Shown here piece by piece: positions 9,401 through 16,797 of a DNA stretch of 24,511 nt. Source of the stretch: a virus (lineage: Duplodnaviria > Caudoviricetes); IMG/VR virus record IMGVR_UViG_3300016464_000088, positions 1 through 24,511 of that record; one strand, given 5' to 3'. A program made the translations under genes and the position numbers. Under the pieces are notes generated by a model that was not told the DNA's origin, searched no databases, and saw only the letters and a program-made list of their open reading frames with translations. How positions within the stretch are numbered: position 1 is the stretch's first letter; every line of letters begins with the position of its first letter.

Positions 9401-9480
9401 CCTTTACTTACTACCCAATAAGGCAGGTAGTAGGCAAATAAGAACATCATAACCCAAAAGTCTAAGATGTTTTCAATCAT
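9397..9480 (-). CDS. Putative 27-aa hydrophobic peptide
   Basis: MIENILDFWVMMFLFAYYLPYWVVSKG; ATGA overlaps with both the portal stop and the endonuclease start. Confidence 0.55.
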   Translation of the reverse strand: MIENILDFWVMMFLFAYYLPYWVVSKG

Positions 9481-10988
9481 TCAGAATCTTCTTTGTGATA
9501 CCATCCTTGATTGGCAAGCACAATATGTTCTTCTTGTGTTCTTGCTACACGCTCCTCACCAGTTACTGGATCCTTCATTGTGTGAGGAGTGAATTCATAG
9601 TAATCATCTTCTTCTGGAACAGAATTAGGTTTGATGATGCGATTGTCTTGTATAGTAGCCAACTCATCTTCATCAAGATCTAACCAGTCTAGAATCTTAG
9701 CATCAATGGCTGCACGAACTCTAGGATCAGCAGGCTGTGCGGCAGCGGCTTCACGCAACTGCGAGATTTCTTTGCCAGTGTCACGAATGTTGAAACTACC
9801 TGGGTAGTCTATTTCACCATCCCAAACTGTGCCCATATACTCGCACCATATCTTCCACATTTGCTCTTCAGCCAACTCAAGATTGTCTGCTTTTTCACTC
9901 AGTCGTGCATTCAGCAATTGAAATTCTGTTTCCATAGCAACACCTGATAGTGTGCGGCTTTCTGTGGCACGAACAGCACCAGTGTTGGCCATCTTGTCAA
10001 TGGCTGCGACCGTGGCTTCTATGCTCTTGTATATTGAATCCACAGAAGCGCCACCAAACTCTAGGATATAGGGTTTTAGTCCAGGGTCTAGATTCTCTGG
10101 CATATGGATCAGTGAACCTGCTCCTGAACCCGCTTGTGTTTCTGGTGTTTTCACAAGACTTGGGTGGCTGTCTAGTCTAATGCTTTGCTCTACTTCTGAT
10201 GTGCAGTTATAGATATATTTCTGTGCGTCTGCGATGTCTGAAATGTCTGAAACACCAAAGCCTCTGACTATTGAACGACCATTGTAGGCACAGACAGCAG
10301 GTATTTTACCTAGTTGATTGACCTCAACAGTTTCTTCCATGATTAGGTCTTTCTTGGTATTGACCACTGTGGTTTTGATTTCTGATTCAGTCCACTCACG
10401 GACTGTGCGTAGATCTCCTGTGACATCTTCTAGATAACGGATATAGGTTAGGACCACACGACCATTGGGCTGACGCTTGTAGTTCCAATCTAACACTACC
10501 ATAGGTGTCAATAGACTCACATAAGGACGGATGCCCAAGGCCTGTTCATCTGCCACAGTCTGTGCGCCAACATTGGGTTTTGAAACAATGATCCAACAGT
10601 GACCAAACACTGATGACCAAGTAGACACATCTTTCATAAATGCATTTAGACTGCGTCCATCTAGATCAGAATCATAAAGAAAATCTTCTAATTCAGGTAG
10701 ATTAGTTATTGAACCAAAATCTCTGTCTGGATCTTCACGGAATAAGAAACTGTTATACACTGAAATCACTGACTGGCAGTGATTGTCTAAGGGTGTGGTT
10801 TTCAGTCTGGCCGCATACTCTGAGTCTGTTTCCAGTTGATAGCGAGTTAGGTGTCCTGCTTGGCGATATTCCATACCACCAACATATGATTCTAGCAGGA
10901 ATTGCCAGCGTCCATAGTAGTCTTGATACAGTTGGTTGCCCTGTAGCAATCGTTTAAGTTCGTCTGATAGGGTGTCAATGACATTCAT
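9477..10988 (-). CDS. Portal protein
   Basis: 503 aa directly after terL; 'LSGVAMETEFQLLN' portal-type motif; GAGG SD. Confidence 0.9.
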   Translation of the reverse strand: MNVIDTLSDELKRLLQGNQLYQDYYGRWQFLLESYVGGMEYRQAGHLTRYQLETDSEYAARLKTTPLDNHCQSVISVYNSFLFREDPDRDFGSITNLPELEDFLYDSDLDGRSLNAFMKDVSTWSSVFGHCWIIVSKPNVGAQTVADEQALGIRPYVSLLTPMVVLDWNYKRQPNGRVVLTYIRYLEDVTGDLRTVREWTESEIKTTVVNTKKDLIMEETVEVNQLGKIPAVCAYNGRSIVRGFGVSDISDIADAQKYIYNCTSEVEQSIRLDSHPSLVKTPETQAGSGAGSLIHMPENLDPGLKPYILEFGGASVDSIYKSIEATVAAIDKMANTGAVRATESRTLSGVAMETEFQLLNARLSEKADNLELAEEQMWKIWCEYMGTVWDGEIDYPGSFNIRDTGKEISQLREAAAAQPADPRVRAAIDAKILDWLDLDEDELATIQDNRIIKPNSVPEEDDYYEFTPHTMKDPVTGEERVARTQEEHIVLANQGWYHKEDSE

Positions 10989-11002
10989 TTAGTTTTCCTC
11001 AT

Positions 11003-12238
11003 TTATGCCAGAGCATGACCCCAGCGTTGTGGTTTTAGTAGTTCTGGATCAACATCACGGCGCACTGGGAATATGTAGTCTACTAGGTAGCCTAGTGCGT
11101 CATTTTGATGATCATAACCAGAATCCTTGTCAGGTTGGCTGGTGCCTGCCTTATAGGTCTGGCGTTCTAATCCTTCAATAGTATATTTACACTTGGGGTC
11201 TATGAACAGCCTTCTAATGCCTATGGTATCGCACAATCTTGAGTTTACTGCGTTGATACGATCTCTCACGGGTGTGTGTGAGTTAGGCACCTTGACTGTG
11301 AATCCTGCGTTGCGTAATATGGTGATGTCAGTTTGACCACCCGCAGATGATTTACGCTGATTGCCCGCTGGATCTGGATAAACCCATATTCGCTGTTTGG
11401 GGAAGCGTTGTTTCAGTTCGTCACACATTTCCTGGGTGTTAGAACTGAAAATCCTTACTTCATCTATGATATGTAAGGTATCTCCAGACTTATGAGCAAT
11501 GACCGCTGACATTGGATCTATGTTAAAGTCCATGCCCACATAGATCTGTTCAGGCAAGGGGTCCATGTATTTACGGATATTGGCCTGGCGATCAAATGCG
11601 TAGTAAATCCTGCCAGCAAATGTTTCAAAAGTGGCCATGAACTCTTGACGGAATGTTCGCTCATCAAGATCACGCTTGGCTGCTTCTATTTCTTCTGGTT
11701 TGACATTGCCACCATCTACAGTGGTAAATGTCCATGAACGCCAACTGGCGTCTTCTAGTGAGTTTTGATATATTTCATAAGCCCAGTTGCCAATGCCCTT
11801 GGGTGTGCCAATGAAAAGAGCACCACCCTGCTTGTCAGCCAAAGTAGGTCTAAGAGTTTCATACCAAGCCTGTGGATCAATGTCAGCAAACTCGTCAAGC
11901 ACAATAAAATCAAGACCAACACCCCTAAGACTGTCATAGTTGTCAGCGCCTTTAAGGCTGATAGTAGAGCCATTAACAAGTTGAATAGTGAGTTCTGTTT
12001 CATTATGCTTTTTTACCCAGTTAAGATCCTGTAGGCGATTTTTCAGTTTACGCCACACGATCTGTTTGGCCATCTTGTAGGTAGGAGCCACATACCATAC
12101 TTCACGATCAGGTATACGGGCATGGTAGGCTAACTCACGGATGGCTAGATGTGTTTTGCCAAATCTACGACCTGCTATGACCACACGGAATCTTGTGGTG
12201 TCCTTGGCTATTTCCTGCTGTGGTCTACTCAGTGGCAT
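11003..12238 (-). CDS. terL: Terminase large subunit
   Basis: Walker A AGRRFGKT, Walker B FIVLDE, coupling motif IGTP, nuclease motifs GMDFN and DHQNDAL. Confidence 0.96.
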   Translation of the reverse strand: MPLSRPQQEIAKDTTRFRVVIAGRRFGKTHLAIRELAYHARIPDREVWYVAPTYKMAKQIVWRKLKNRLQDLNWVKKHNETELTIQLVNGSTISLKGADNYDSLRGVGLDFIVLDEFADIDPQAWYETLRPTLADKQGGALFIGTPKGIGNWAYEIYQNSLEDASWRSWTFTTVDGGNVKPEEIEAAKRDLDERTFRQEFMATFETFAGRIYYAFDRQANIRKYMDPLPEQIYVGMDFNIDPMSAVIAHKSGDTLHIIDEVRIFSSNTQEMCDELKQRFPKQRIWVYPDPAGNQRKSSAGGQTDITILRNAGFTVKVPNSHTPVRDRINAVNSRLCDTIGIRRLFIDPKCKYTIEGLERQTYKAGTSQPDKDSGYDHQNDALGYLVDYIFPVRRDVDPELLKPQRWGHALA

Positions 12239-12726
12239 TATTCATCTTGGCTGAATGGCAAGGGTTTCTTGTCATCAGCATTGGTAGGTGTATCGCTCAT
12301 GCCCAGCATGTTCTTGGCAAGGAAGATCTGTAGAGCCGCATTGCCGTTTAGAGCATTCTTAAACATGGCATTGCGTAGCGCGGTCTTCATATCTTGGCGA
12401 CCTTTTGCCATGATCTCCGCAAAGTTATATCTCAGTGTATCTTCTTTGATGTCAAACCACACGGCTATTTCACGATCACTGCAACCCAATGCGGCTAACT
12501 TATAGATGTCCTCTGGAGGCACTATGCGTTTTCTCAGTCCACGACCTACTTCATAGCCAAATACTTCTATGCTTTTCAGTTGTTTGGGTTTGTTGCCAGT
12601 CTTAGAGGGATCCCTTGGAGGTGGTTCTTCATAGGGAATGACCTCCAAGTTCTGTTCAGAGGCCTGTTCAGATGGTTTAAGGTCAAATGCTGCCGCTTCA
12701 ATCACACGGCCTGGTTGGTTGCTCAT
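12238..12726 (-). CDS. terS: Terminase small subunit
   Basis: HTH-like LAALGCSDREIAVWFDIKEDTL plus 'GNAALQIFLAKNMLG'; abuts terL. Confidence 0.8.
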   Translation of the reverse strand: MSNQPGRVIEAAAFDLKPSEQASEQNLEVIPYEEPPPRDPSKTGNKPKQLKSIEVFGYEVGRGLRKRIVPPEDIYKLAALGCSDREIAVWFDIKEDTLRYNFAEIMAKGRQDMKTALRNAMFKNALNGNAALQIFLAKNMLGMSDTPTNADDKKPLPFSQDE

Positions 12727-12731
12727 ATTAC

Positions 12732-12739
12732 TATTTATA
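12732..12739 (-). promoter_or_regulatory. T4-type late promoter TATAAATA, 5 nt before the terS ATG
   Basis: Exact consensus, embedded in inverted repeat 12721-12744. Confidence 0.78.
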
Positions 12740-12760
12740 TGAGCCCCTTAGTTTGGTCAG

Positions 12761-13027
12761 TTAAACTGATGAGTTTTGCTGTTTTAACACCAAGAGTTCC
12801 TGCTGTAGGTGATCTAGACGCTGACGCTGTGCTTTGTTGTCTATGATAAGGCGGTGATTCTGCTGACTTAACTCACTGATGATCTGTTCATTGTGATTTA
12901 GTCTCTGTGCAAGACTTTTCATGATCTCAGAACCACTGTTAATGGCCAAGACACATTGTTGTATATTGTTTCTGGCCAACAAGAGTTCTTCATATGGATC
13001 CCAACCAGTGCGCCAATCATCGTTCAT
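12761..13027 (-). CDS. Hypothetical coiled-coil protein
   Basis: 88 aa; GTAAATA-N5-ATG upstream. Confidence 0.7.
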   Translation of the reverse strand: MNDDWRTGWDPYEELLLARNNIQQCVLAINSGSEIMKSLAQRLNHNEQIISELSQQNHRLIIDNKAQRQRLDHLQQELLVLKQQNSSV

Positions 13028-13032
13028 AAAGA

Positions 13033-13039
13033 TATTTAC
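13033..13039 (-). promoter_or_regulatory. Late-promoter variant GTAAATA
   Basis: Same 5-nt spacing to ATG as the sites at 12732 and 13832; overlaps the upstream stop codon. Confidence 0.5.
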
Positions 13040-13512
13040 TCTTGCACTTCAAATAGGTTGTGGAACACAGTGGTTCTGGTGTATTCTTCTGTTTGTTCAA
13101 CAATCACTTTGGGCATGGGCTTCTGGACTTTTTTAGCGTCCTCATTGGGGATGTCTAGATCGTGTATGCTATTCCAGACTTCACGGAAAGTGTTGATCAT
13201 GGCCCAGGCTATGCGTTTATTGGCTTTCTTGTCTAGAGCACGATCCGTGCTGTGGCGATCCTTCTTTAAGGCTGTGATGGCCCGCTCATAGTTGTTCTTG
13301 TGATAGGCTTTGACAGAGTCAGGTGCTGTGTCTATGACAGCACCAAATCCTGCCAACATGTCACTCCAATCTTGATTGTCCCAACGGTGTAGATAGCCAT
13401 CCCAGATCTGTCTGTTGTTGATGTCTATCTTCTTACCTGTGGTCTGTATGATGTTGTTCAGTGTTTCTGCTATAGAGCCTATGTGATCTAGGCCTCTTGC
13501 GATGTTTGCCAT
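13036..13512 (-). CDS. Hypothetical protein
   Basis: 158-aa ORF in the tightly packed minus-strand run; GGAG SD. Confidence 0.75.
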   Translation of the reverse strand: MANIARGLDHIGSIAETLNNIIQTTGKKIDINNRQIWDGYLHRWDNQDWSDMLAGFGAVIDTAPDSVKAYHKNNYERAITALKKDRHSTDRALDKKANKRIAWAMINTFREVWNSIHDLDIPNEDAKKVQKPMPKVIVEQTEEYTRTTVFHNLFEVQE

Positions 13513-13826
13513 TTACGCTTCTCCTGGTTTTCAAGTTTTTTGTATAGTCGCTGACGACGGATGTGATCTAATCTCAGTGTGCATGTGACATTGTTTCTGT
13601 GCCAAGCACCTTTGGGATCAGTTCTGGTTAGGCAGTATTGATTTGAAGCACGACCTTTGAGATGCCAATGATCCTGCCACAGCCATTGAAAATCCTCAAA
13701 TGTCAACTGCCAAGATTCTCCTCTGTATGAGGCCTGTGCTTTCATCTGTAGCCAAGCACAATACTGCTGGTGAGGGATTTCACCTTGGACTTTCCATACA
13801 TGAGGTCTAGATCCTGTTCTTGGCAT
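13488..13826 (-). CDS. HNH-like (His-Me finger) endonuclease-related protein
   Basis: A..RGESWQLTFEDF..LW...GR....YCLTR.D.KGAW...NV pattern resembles small phage HNH-like nucleases. Start reassigned to ATG 13826 (MPRTGSRP). Confidence 0.6.
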   Translation of the reverse strand: MPRTGSRPHVWKVQGEIPHQQYCAWLQMKAQASYRGESWQLTFEDFQWLWQDHWHLKGRASNQYCLTRTDPKGAWHRNNVTCTLRLDHIRRQRLYKKLENQEKRKWQTSQEA

Positions 13827-13831
13827 AAGTT

Positions 13832-13839
13832 TATTTATA
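13832..13839 (-). promoter_or_regulatory. T4-type late promoter TATAAATA, 5 nt before ATG 13826
   Basis: Exact consensus in a short AT-rich intergenic gap. Confidence 0.75.
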
Positions 13840-13854
13840 CAATGAATAAAGACA

Positions 13855-14151
13855 TTATTCATTTCCTGGAGCACATTCTGCTATGCGTTCACTGATCCAC
13901 TGTTGTATCTGCTGTTGTCTAGATTCAGTGCAGTGAATATAACCTGTTTCCAGACTAGGAGACCAATGTAATATTTCAGGGCCCCATGCACCCTTGTATT
14001 GCTGTTGATCACTGTGTTTGATTGCATTGAATAATCTATGGCGAGGATCCTTGGGTTGCCATATTTTGATATAAGAATATTGCACCAGTTCACTGTGTTC
14101 ATACCAGCGCATAACTGGCCGCCAAGCAACATCAACGACTTTTTTGGACAT
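13855..14151 (-). CDS. Hypothetical protein
   Basis: 98-aa Trp/Tyr-rich ORF contiguous with its neighbours. Confidence 0.65.
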   Translation of the reverse strand: MSKKVVDVAWRPVMRWYEHSELVQYSYIKIWQPKDPRHRLFNAIKHSDQQQYKGAWGPEILHWSPSLETGYIHCTESRQQQIQQWISERIAECAPGNE

Positions 14152-14347
14152 AGCCTATGGGTTCGCCACGCTGGGTGTAGATAGTTTCACGGCCTGAGGT
14201 AGCACCACAGAATCTGGGATAGCGGCCTTGATTGTTTTTCAGTTGGCAGGGGTCTTGGCGATCATAGAAACTGCTGAGTATAAGGGGTTCGCCATAGGTG
14301 CCACAGCCTGTGAGTATTAATAGGGTGAATAGACAAATGATTCGCAT
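14132..14347 (-). CDS. Small lipoprotein
   Basis: Signal peptide with lipobox LTG-C (MRIICLFTLLILTGC); GGAG SD. Confidence 0.75.
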   Translation of the reverse strand: MRIICLFTLLILTGCGTYGEPLILSSFYDRQDPCQLKNNQGRYPRFCGATSGRETIYTQRGEPIGYVQKSR

Positions 14348-14348
14348 A

Positions 14349-14556
14349 GAGTCTCCAAAAAAGGTAAGGGTGGGACTTTGGTTCTAACCCTGAGTCCCGC
14401 AGGGGCCTTTCCTCGCAGATCTGATTCGTGGCTATCGCGGAGATGATCTGCCGTTCCCATAGAACCTTGGGGCCACTGAAGTTTTGGGCACAGACTTCTG
14501 GCTGCGAGAAAGAGCCATGCCTGGCTCAGCCCTGTCACAACCACCTGGAGTCACTC
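14349..14556. ncRNA. Candidate ~210-nt structured RNA / cis-regulatory element
   Basis: GC-rich intergenic island with nested inverted repeats (gggact/agtccc, gcagatc/gatctgc, gaagt/acttc, gagcca/tggctc), a closing stem ctcca/tggag and complementary loops ggttcta/tagaacc. Confidence 0.6.
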
Positions 14557-14736
14557 AGGGGTTGCCAGTAGAACCCAATCTTCACAGAAATCCTCTGCTA
14601 GGTATTCTAGGTCAAATCGCTCAGAAACTCGTTCAATACCCGCCTGATAGCCCACAGCCAAATATTGGTCCGTGAGTTTAAACACCGTGGCAGTCTTGTT
14701 GCCCTGCTGATATTCAGATAATATTTGCGGAGTCAT
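14551..14736 (-). CDS. Hypothetical protein
   Basis: 61 aa ending 'AEDFCEDWVL'; in operon context. Confidence 0.7.
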   Translation of the reverse strand: MTPQILSEYQQGNKTATVFKLTDQYLAVGYQAGIERVSERFDLEYLAEDFCEDWVLLATPE

Positions 14737-14893
14737 AATAGCGTTCTCTGTGATTCAGTTCCTGTTGTTCTCGTTGTGCTCTGCGTAGTTCTCTAATCTT
14801 ATTTAAGGCAGCCTGTCTACGCTGATCGTGTTTTAGGCGTTCTTCTGCATTGAGCCTGCGGATCTGTTCAATCAAGGTTTCGTGAGTGTTCAT
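14714..14893 (-). CDS. Hypothetical basic coiled-coil protein
   Basis: Start reassigned to ATG 14893 (AGGAG SD, ATGA overlap); 59 aa. Confidence 0.65.
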   Translation of the reverse strand: MNTHETLIEQIRRLNAEERLKHDQRRQAALNKIRELRRAQREQQELNHRERYYDSANII

Positions 14894-15045
14894 TCTTGGA
14901 TCTCCTGCTCTTGTGCTACCATCCACTGTAAAGTGGGTATAACCTCACTCTCAGCAAATGCCCATTCTTCTTGCTCAGTGGGCTCACGGCCATAGATCTT
15001 CTTAAACACCTGTTGGACCCTAGTCCTGATTTCACTCTCAGTCAT
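14890..15045 (-). CDS. Hypothetical 51-aa protein
   Basis: Not in track: MTESEIRTRVQQVFKKIYGREPTEQEEWAFAESEVIPTLQWMVAQEQEIQE; GGAGG SD; ATGA overlaps at both ends. Confidence 0.7.
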   Translation of the reverse strand: MTESEIRTRVQQVFKKIYGREPTEQEEWAFAESEVIPTLQWMVAQEQEIQE

Positions 15046-15428
15046 TCTTGAGCCTCCATTTTGGCACGGAAGGCTTCTGCAATGAGTCTGTCACAGTATT
15101 CTGGATAACTGCGGATAATGTCCCAACCTTCGCCAAACAGCCATTGGTCGTCACAAGCGTTCTTTTCTGCCAGTGCTTTGAACTCTTCAAAAGTCAAGGG
15201 CCAGGGTGTATTAGTATAACCTAGTTCTTTGGGTGTAGGTGTAACTTCTGCTAGATCACCTTCTTGAATCATTGCCGCAATGATATCTTGGCTGGTAGTT
15301 TGGTGACTCATACCCCAATCAAAATAATCTTCTGGGCTGTTGTCTTGGCTGATCCAAGTGTAGCGTCCAGAATCTAACTGAGTTTGGACTTCTGCAAATA
15401 CCTTGCGTAGTGTGCGATTATTAGCCAT
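15042..15428 (-). CDS. Hypothetical acidic early protein
   Basis: First gene after the consensus sigma70 promoter; likely start ATG 15428 (MANNRT), alternative 15467. Confidence 0.7.
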   Translation of the reverse strand: MANNRTLRKVFAEVQTQLDSGRYTWISQDNSPEDYFDWGMSHQTTSQDIIAAMIQEGDLAEVTPTPKELGYTNTPWPLTFEEFKALAEKNACDDQWLFGEGWDIIRSYPEYCDRLIAEAFRAKMEAQE

Positions 15429-15473
15429 TTGTGTTTCTCTCACAAGTGCAACGGAACATACCGTCATAGTATT

Positions 15474-15502
15474 ATTATACGACTATTTTGGCTCCGTGTC
15501 AA
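15474..15502 (-). promoter_or_regulatory. Consensus sigma70 promoter
   Basis: TTGACA (15502-15497), 17 nt, TATAAT (15479-15474); perfect consensus. Confidence 0.9.
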
Positions 15503-15683
15503 TGGCTTTGGGATCCAAAATCTCCCCTATGCCCGCCAATAAACACAAGGTGGCCTGCCATTCTTGGGTGTCCCAATAATAGACTTCCAAAATGAAATCA
15601 TATGAGATTTTGGGCTGGTCTATGACAAGATATGTGAGACCCTGTTCTTCTAGTTGTTGTCTAGTGACCTTTAACACAGGCAT
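15483..15683 (-). CDS. Hypothetical protein
   Basis: 66-aa ORF abutting the upstream gene. Confidence 0.6.
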   Translation of the reverse strand: MPVLKVTRQQLEEQGLTYLVIDQPKISYDFILEVYYWDTQEWQATLCLLAGIGEILDPKAIDTEPK

Positions 15684-15684
15684 A

Positions 15685-16041
15685 TTAGATCAGGGAAGCA
15701 CGACCCACGCGGTGTGCATAGTGAGATTTCAATGAGAGTTCTTTGACCACATCCTGCCACTGATTATCTGGAGTCAGTGGCTCCTTCATCTGCTGTTCAT
15801 AGTATTGATCCACTGTCTTGGTGTTTATAGCCTGTGCCAAATCATTTGGTGTATAGGCAGCCCAGTCTAAATGACTTTTGAGTCTGAACAGTTCTTTGTG
15901 TTTGGCTAGATAAAAGATCTCTCCATGATCCGTGATTCTTATCTGTCCAGAATATTCTTGTGCTAGAACCGTGGCCTTGAGTCTCCTTGAGATCCTCAAC
16001 CATCGTTGAACCAATACAGGATCTGTGATGTTAGAACACAT
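15685..16041 (-). CDS. Hypothetical protein
   Basis: 118-aa ORF overlapping the upstream stop. Confidence 0.7.
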   Translation of the reverse strand: MCSNITDPVLVQRWLRISRRLKATVLAQEYSGQIRITDHGEIFYLAKHKELFRLKSHLDWAAYTPNDLAQAINTKTVDQYYEQQMKEPLTPDNQWQDVVKELSLKSHYAHRVGRASLI

Positions 16042-16330
16042 ATCTTGGGTCCTTGTCTAGTTGACGCACTGGCCATAGATCAATAAGGCTGTGTCCTAGA
16101 TAGGTCTTTTGTTTCTCTGTCCATGATTCTCCATTCCATGAGTTTAACAGATCACGGATATTGCTTCTGTGGTGATTTCTTTCAGTCCACTGAGGTGTTA
16201 AATGCATCATTAGCCATTGACCCAGTGAATAGAGATCTTGATCTCTTTGTTCATGAATCCATTTAGTGCGTTCATATTGATTACCTAGGACAATAATATC
16301 CATTTCATCTAACAGATTTTCACTTAACAC
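16031..16330 (-). CDS. Hypothetical protein
   Basis: 99 aa; GTG start with AAGGAG SD. Confidence 0.72.
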   Translation of the reverse strand: MLSENLLDEMDIIVLGNQYERTKWIHEQRDQDLYSLGQWLMMHLTPQWTERNHHRSNIRDLLNSWNGESWTEKQKTYLGHSLIDLWPVRQLDKDPRYVF

Positions 16331-16362
16331 CTATAACTCCTTGATTAGTTATTCAATGATTT

Positions 16363-16391
16363 ATTGTATATTATTGGTCTTGCTAAAGCAA
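16363..16391 (-). promoter_or_regulatory. Putative sigma70 promoter
   Basis: TTGCTT, 17 nt, TACAAT upstream of the ORF at 16330; the -35 lies in palindrome CTTGCtttaGCAAG. Confidence 0.5.
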
Positions 16392-16797
16392 GCCCAGTGA
16401 TATGTAATAAAATCCAACTTCACTGCGTTCAGTCGTCTTTTATTCCAATCACCTGAGTAAAAGCACTCATTTGAGACACAAACATTAGTTGACTTGAAAT
16501 GTGGAGTCAAGAGGGGACAAATGTAGTTTCTGAAACAAAAAAAATATTCTGCTTCTCACTACTTTTGTCCCTACCTCAACTACACAAATCAACTAATGTG
16601 TAAGTCCCATCTCTGGGGAGGTATCTTAGGCTGCTTTACGGAAGAAGTTTGGCTATGTTTAACTTCCAACCATCGCTGGTAGCAGTGGACTACACCCTAG
16701 TGACTTTATCCAAGATAACTTACAGTCACATTATTGGGCAGTGGAGGATATATCCCTATTATGAACTCCACCTTTATTGTTTCTACCATTAGGTAGT
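16375..16797 (-). ncRNA. Candidate large structured ncRNA or replication-origin region (~420 nt)
   Basis: Longest ORF-free gap in the window, tiled with hairpins including a ~118-nt stem-loop at 16482-16599 whose G-U pairs favour the minus strand. Confidence 0.65.

Noticed and set aside
13506-13515. 10-nt match of the sRNA loop (TTGCCATTTA) to the start of ORF 13036..13512
   Set aside because: AAATGGCA start contexts are common and the match is short; too weak to call a second target without computation.
14317-14544. 75-aa minus-strand ORF across the GC-rich element
   Set aside because: Atypical composition, overlap with the lipoprotein start, and dense inverted repeats explain the region better as structured RNA; not fully excluded.
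14349-14556. tRNA, tmRNA, RNase P or hammerhead identity (GGTTCTAACCC T-loop-like, GAGGAAAG)
   Set aside because: No cloverleaf or CCA end, no tmRNA termini, RNase P GAGGAAAGUCC core incomplete, and no CUGANGA/GAAA core in the right geometry.
4983-14805. Other minus-strand TAAATA hexamers at 4983, 11184, 11568 and 14800
   Set aside because: They lie inside coding sequence, lack the ATAAATA context and are not at gene starts; compatible with chance.
16375-16797. Retron msr-msd, group I/II intron or CRISPR array
   Set aside because: No reverse transcriptase in the window, no interrupted gene or recognisable intron core, and no regularly spaced direct repeats.
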